Origin: a virus
Length of the DNA stretch: 22,498 nucleotides
UHGV virus genome: UHGV-1419557
Reading direction: 5' to 3' (one strand)
Shown: piece by piece, positions 19,057 to 22,498 of the stretch
How positions within the stretch are numbered: the stretch's first letter is position 1
Layout of the letters: every line of letters starts with the position of its first letter
Position numbers and translations under genes: made by a program
Notes under the pieces: generated by a model
The model's database searches: none
What the model saw: only the letters and a program-made list of their open reading frames with translations
Told to the model about the DNA's origin: nothing

Positions 19057-19506
19057 ATGCAAGTAACCGTGGAATATAATCAGGATAGTTTTGACTATTT
19101 TTTCTCCCCGGTTTTTGTTGAGTTTCCTGATTTAAAACAAACACTTGTAGATGATTTTATCATCTACAAGTCTACGGGAACGTTGCCCAGCTATTTTGGC
19201 AGAGACACCTCTTATCATCGACCTCCTGATATTGAAGATGCAGGCCTTATGCACCTTCATTTAGCAATTGGTGAAAATAAATTTGAGCCAATAAAAAATG
19301 GCACAGATATCAGCACACCGCAAAAGTTGCAGTGGCATAAAACATCCAATACCGCTCTCGTTTATGCACAAAATCTTTTTGATGAGAACAGGTATTCATT
19401 GATTGCTCTTTTTCATCCTGTAGCTCACATGTCTGCTAACAATCATAATAGAATGAGAGTGTTAGCAGGGTATGCGAGAGACTTTAGAAACACTATGTTT
19501 GACTAA
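19057..19506 (+). CDS. YafO-family toxin-like protein (putative ribosome-dependent mRNA interferase domain)
   Basis: 149 aa. DFIIYKSTGTLPSYFGRD ... HLHLAIGEN.F.P ... ALVYAQNLFDEN.YSLIALFHPVAHMSANNHNRM ... FR parallels recalled E. coli YafO (DFISYKRDGVLPDIFGRD ... HIHLANENNPFPP ... HLVYCQGAFDEQAWLLIAILKPEPH ... DNNQM ... FR). Followed by a strong terminator. Confidence 0.6.
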   Translation: MQVTVEYNQDSFDYFFSPVFVEFPDLKQTLVDDFIIYKSTGTLPSYFGRDTSYHRPPDIEDAGLMHLHLAIGENKFEPIKNGTDISTPQKLQWHKTSNTALVYAQNLFDENRYSLIALFHPVAHMSANNHNRMRVLAGYARDFRNTMFD

Positions 19507-19530
19507 ACCCACCGTCAGGTGGGTTTTTTA
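19507..19530 (+). terminator. Intrinsic terminator after the YafO-like operon, possibly partly bidirectional
   Basis: Stem aacccacc / ggtgggtt, loop gtca, then TTTTTT. A-run upstream gives weak reverse-strand potential for the convergent ClpP-like gene. Confidence 0.7.
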
Positions 19531-19554
19531 TAAGGAGTAATCATGATTTACCCA

Positions 19555-20091
19555 TCAAACAACCCACCAGTTTGCCTGATTGGATGCCAGCCTTGCAGTT
19601 TTTATGGAATTAATTATGCCATGCTCAAGAGCCTTGTTAGCATCCAAAATGGTCGAGTCTGCTATCAGGGATGCCCACCTAATATGGGTTCCGATGTCGA
19701 TATTGAACGTCTCAACGAAGCGATCAAGATCGTTATCGAGGCATTTCCCGTACTCTCTCAATCTGGCATGGTCGGCGGCTGGGGAGGCAAAGCACCATAA
19801 TAGAGGATGTAACAGGAATCTTGATAATGGGTTTGCGAAACGTTCTGAGCCAGCCAGGAAAACGATATTAGCTATGGATTCAACATTGCTTATGTTGTGA
19901 GTTCTAACGGTAACAGGGAGTGACTTAAGAAAGTTATACGCAGTAAAGCCAGCAGCAGTTTCCCCTCCCTGACTTGATATATGGATATTTAATTCAGTTG
20001 CGCCTTGAGATAATGCGGTGAGACAGTGGTTCTGAAGTTGCCCAACAGTGGCAGTGTTAACAGGGCATAAGAAATGAATTGTGTGCAGCAT
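19555..20091 (-). CDS. Compact ClpP-like (peptidase S14 / ClpP-crotonase fold) protein, translationally coupled to mnt
   Basis: 178 aa. IHISSQGGETAAGFTAYNFLKSLPVTVRTHNISNVESIANIVFLAGSERFANPLSRFLLHP aligns by eye with ClpP [63 protein letters not shown], with the catalytic Ser and His positions conserved and a candidate Asp downstream. Start ATG overlaps mnt stop (TAATG on - strand); SD aagga upstream. Confidence 0.65.
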   Translation of the reverse strand: MLHTIHFLCPVNTATVGQLQNHCLTALSQGATELNIHISSQGGETAAGFTAYNFLKSLPVTVRTHNISNVESIANIVFLAGSERFANPLSRFLLHPLLWCFASPAADHARLREYGKCLDNDLDRFVETFNIDIGTHIRWASLIADSTILDANKALEHGIINSIKTARLASNQANWWVV

Positions 20092-20339
20092 TATTTTTCA
20101 TCCTTAGCATACATGGTCTTTAGCGTCTCAAGTAGCGCCTCTTTGAATTTATCAGCTTCTTGCTGAGCAAATGACTCAACTGACTTTGGCGACCTATCTT
20201 CATCAATCGCGGCTTGCAAAATCATGACGATCTCGGAGTTAACAGAGCGACCATTTTTTGATGCTCTGACAGCAAGAGCCTCGCGTAAAGATTCAGGGAT
20301 TCTTACCGTAGTTGGAGAAATTGACACACCCTTTGCCAT
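20091..20339 (-). CDS. mnt: Mnt repressor (ribbon-helix-helix, Arc/MetJ superfamily)
   Basis: 82 aa from ATG 20339 (- strand). NGRSVNSEIVMILQAAI motif and ...ETLKTMYAKDEK C-terminus parallel recalled P22 Mnt. Divergent from arc as in P22 immI. Confidence 0.8.
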   Translation of the reverse strand: MAKGVSISPTTVRIPESLREALAVRASKNGRSVNSEIVMILQAAIDEDRSPKSVESFAQQEADKFKEALLETLKTMYAKDEK

Positions 20340-20453
20340 ATAACACCTTTGGTATTCAATTTGATAGCAAAGTGTATGCAAAAAAATTTTGACTAGATAT
20401 ACTCACTTTGCTATCTTTTGTATTCGAAAAGAGTTGTTTGCGTGGAGGGTAAC
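20340..20453. promoter_or_regulatory. mnt-arc divergent control region (candidate Pant/Pmnt and operators)
   Basis: 12-bp inverted repeat arms GATAGCAAAGTG (20363-20374) and CACTTTGCTATC (20404-20415). Candidate Pant: TTGACT at 20389-20394, TATCTT at 20412-20417. Arc SD ggaggg at 20444-20449. Confidence 0.5.
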
Positions 20454-20606
20454 ATGGAGAAAGAAATAAGTAAGATTTTGGTAAGGATGCCGCAGTCGTT
20501 AAAGGATGCTATCGGTAGCAGGGCAAAGGAAGAGTGCAGGTCGTTTAACTCAGAGGTTATCAAGCGCCTGATAGACAGCCTGAAGAGAGAGGGGGTAACG
20601 GTGTGA
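20454..20606 (+). CDS. arc: Arc repressor (ribbon-helix-helix)
   Basis: 50 aa from ATG 20454. ECRSFNSEVIKRLIDSLKREG parallels recalled P22 Arc NGRSVNSEIYQRVMESFKKEG. Upstream of ant as in immI. Confidence 0.8.
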   Translation: MEKEISKILVRMPQSLKDAIGSRAKEECRSFNSEVIKRLIDSLKREGVTV

Positions 20607-20776
20607 TTCGCTTGGATGCAGTAGTCAAAGAGATTGCGATTACCATTTTAAGACCAAATTTTGTTCATGGCGAATCATTTGGCACGAACGAAAAATTGAG
20701 AAGAGAAAGAGTATTCAGTGGCAAGCGCACGTTTTCAGAAGTGATGCTTGATGCGGCAAAGAAATCAAAACAGTGA
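20603..20776 (+). CDS. Possible small ORF (57 aa, GTG start) in the arc-ant spacer; speculative
   Basis: GTG at 20603 overlaps the arc stop (GTGTGA) with SD-like gagggggt 7 nt upstream. Open to TGA at 20774-20776. Lys/Arg-rich product, no known domain. Confidence 0.25.
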   Translation: MIRLDAVVKEIAITILRPNFVHGESFGTNEKLRRERVFSGKRTFSEVMLDAAKKSKQ

Positions 20777-20842
20777 AGCCCCAACTGCTGGAACAGTCAG
20801 GGCTTCGGTTGTCGGTAAATCCGTGGAGAAAAACCAACATGA
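20758..20842 (-). ncRNA. sar: Candidate sar-like antisense RNA covering the ant ribosome-binding site
   Basis: On the - strand: extended -10 TGCTATACT (complement of 20845-20853) would start transcription near the ant ATG. Hairpin (gaagccc 20775-20781 / gggcttc 20800-20806 plus inner 4-bp stem) followed on the - strand by TGTTTTGATTTCTTT acts as terminator. Predicted RNA about 70-85 nt, antisense to the ant SD and start, as for P22 sar. Confidence 0.35.
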
Positions 20843-21741
20843 ATAGTATAGCAATTTTAGAAGCAGTGAACACCTCTTACGTGCCATTCAACGGTCAGCA
20901 AATTATCACCGCCATGGCTGCCGGAGTTGCATATGTTGCGATGAAGCCAATCGTTGAAAACCTCGGAATGAGCTGGTCAACGCAGCAAACAAAACTCATG
21001 AAGCAGATTAGCAAATTCAACTGTGTTCATATGAACATGGTTGCCGCTGATGGTAAGCTTCGTAAGCTACTCTGCCTTCCTTTGAAGAAGTTAAATGGAT
21101 GGCTGTTCAGCATCAACCCTGAGAAAGTTCGTGCTGACATCCGCGATAAACTGATTCAGTACCAGGAAGAATGCTTTACTGTGCTGCATGACTACTGGAC
21201 AAAGGGAGAGGCAGCAAATGCACGGAAGAAAACATCTGTTGATGACAGGACTCCGCTTCGTGATGCTGTAAATATGCTAGTCAGCAAAAAGCATCTAATG
21301 TACCCAGAAGCTTATGCAATGATTCATCAGCGTTTCAATGTGGAAAGTATTGAAGAGCTTGATGCATCTCAGATACCACAAGCAGTAGAGTACATCCACA
21401 GGGTAGTGCTTGAAGGTGAGTTCATCGGCAAACAAGAGAAGAAAACCAACGAGCTTTCTGCAAAAGAAGCAAACAGCCTTGTATGGCTATGGGATTATGC
21501 CAACCGCTCACAGGCATTATTCCGCGAACTGTATCCGGCGCTAAAACAAATTCAATCGAACTATTCCGGCAGATGTCATGACTGCGGTTATGAGTTCTCC
21601 CGTATTATCGATATGGCGAGAGACGTTTTAATCAATCACACACGAGATGTTGATATCAATGAGCCAGACGGACCAACGAATCTTTCCGCATGGATGAGAC
21701 TTAAGAATAAAGAATTACCTCCTTCAGTACATAATTACTGA
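20839..21741 (+). CDS. ant: Antirepressor Ant
   Basis: 300 aa from ATG 20839. [57 protein letters not shown]... matches recalled P22 Ant. Follows arc and is followed by a terminator and the tailspike gene. Confidence 0.9.
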   Translation: MNSIAILEAVNTSYVPFNGQQIITAMAAGVAYVAMKPIVENLGMSWSTQQTKLMKQISKFNCVHMNMVAADGKLRKLLCLPLKKLNGWLFSINPEKVRADIRDKLIQYQEECFTVLHDYWTKGEAANARKKTSVDDRTPLRDAVNMLVSKKHLMYPEAYAMIHQRFNVESIEELDASQIPQAVEYIHRVVLEGEFIGKQEKKTNELSAKEANSLVWLWDYANRSQALFRELYPALKQIQSNYSGRCHDCGYEFSRIIDMARDVLINHTRDVDINEPDGPTNLSAWMRLKNKELPPSVHNY

Positions 21742-21760
21742 CAGATAACCAACGCAACGA

Positions 21761-21783
21761 CCCAGCTTCGGCTGGGTTTTTTT
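21761..21783 (+). terminator. Intrinsic terminator after ant
   Basis: cccagc-ttcg-gctggg hairpin followed by TTTTTTT. Confidence 0.75.
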
Positions 21784-21841
21784 ATGCCCAAAATTCACCG
21801 TGGCCATGCTGCGGCGATTCTTTGCATCTGGAGCAAATTAA

Positions 21842-22498
21842 ATGACAGACATTACAGCCAATGTGATTGTATCGATGCCTTCGCAACTCTTCACTATGGC
21901 GCGTTCTTTTAAAGCCGTAGCCAATGGCAAAATTTATATCGGTAAAATTGACACTGACCCGGTAAATCCTGAAAACCGGATTCAGGTTTATGTAGAGAAC
22001 GAAGACGGCTCTCACGTTCCTGTTTCGCAACCAATCATCATTAACGCTGCTGGTTACCCTGTATATAACGGACGGATTGCCAAGTTCGTAACTGTGCAAG
22101 GCCATTCTATGGCTGTGTACGATGCGTATGGCGTACAGCAGTTCTATTTCCAGAATGTGCTGAAGTATGATCCTGATCAACTACGGCAGCAATTAGAAGA
22201 CCCAGATGGAGCGAATAAATACCCAAAACTTCAGATAGCAAGATGGAGAGACAGTTATGATGTAAGAGGTTGGGGGGCTATTGGTGATGGTGTTCATGAT
22301 GATACATCAGCTCTATCAGAATTACTTTCTGTTGCAACAGGTGGTGAAAAGATAGATGGGCGAGGGCTTACTTTTAAAGTATCAACTCTTCCAGATGTCA
22401 GTCGATTTAAAAATGCTCGTTTTTTATTTGAGAGAATACCGGGTGGATTTGCCCCTATATTTCCAGACACCTGTTATCACTTAACCCATTACTGGCTT
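21842..22498 (+). CDS. Tailspike protein, 3-prime partial: P22 gp9-type head-binding domain followed by a different receptor-binding domain
   Basis: SD ggag 8 nt upstream of ATG 21842. First ~115 aa ([59 protein letters not shown]...VLKYDPDQ) match recalled P22 tailspike N-terminus. Downstream [15 protein letters not shown] is a pectate-lyase-superfamily beta-helix entry motif. Open to window end. Confidence 0.9.
   Translation, partial: MTDITANVIVSMPSQLFTMARSFKAVANGKIYIGKIDTDPVNPENRIQVYVENEDGSHVPVSQPIIINAAGYPVYNGRIAKFVTVQGHSMAVYDAYGVQQFYFQNVLKYDPDQLRQQLEDPDGANKYPKLQIARWRDSYDVRGWGAIGDGVHDDTSALSELLSVATGGEKIDGRGLTFKVSTLPDVSRFKNARFLFERIPGGFAPIFPDTCYHLTHYWL

Noticed and set aside
19543-19900. + strand ORFs (85 aa Cys-rich, 106 aa) after the terminator, the first with a strong SD (taaggag) before ATG 19543
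   Set aside because: They are antisense to the - strand ClpP-like gene, whose family alignment is much stronger evidence. The SD is probably coincidental, though a small antisense peptide cannot be fully excluded.
21782-22180. 132-aa ORF on the - strand overlapping the tailspike start
   Set aside because: Antisense to the tailspike N-terminal head-binding domain, which is recognisably P22-like.
1-22498. CRISPR arrays, integrase/attachment sites, IS elements, cos site
   Set aside because: No repeat-spacer periodicity, no recombinase or transposase ORF, and no cohesive-end region; the terminase is headful-type. The integration module presumably lies outside this window.

Overview
The window reads as a contiguous late-region segment of a P22-like temperate podovirus (phage or prophage), all backbone genes on the + strand. 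Order: end of the nin region (rusA-like, ninH-like), late antiterminator Q with a candidate late promoter and terminator, a lambda-type lysis cassette (S holin with dual start, R transglycosylase, Rz with embedded Rz1), rha, a small ORF, small and large terminase (headful type), portal, scaffold, coat, gp4-like, gp10-like, tail needle gp26, a gp14-position protein, ejection proteins gp7/gp20/gp16, then the immI region (mnt, arc, candidate sar antisense RNA, ant) and the N-terminal part of a tailspike. The most interesting part is an AT-rich accessory island (about 17940-20090) between gene 16 and mnt, at the position where P22 carries sieA. It holds a small 4-TM membrane protein (- strand), a two-gene + strand operon whose second gene resembles a YafO-family toxin behind an unrecognised 188-aa partner, and a compact ClpP-like protease gene translationally coupled to mnt. 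All homology calls rest on reading the translations and on recalled family sequences; no database search was run. No tRNA, CRISPR array, integrase or cos site was found.
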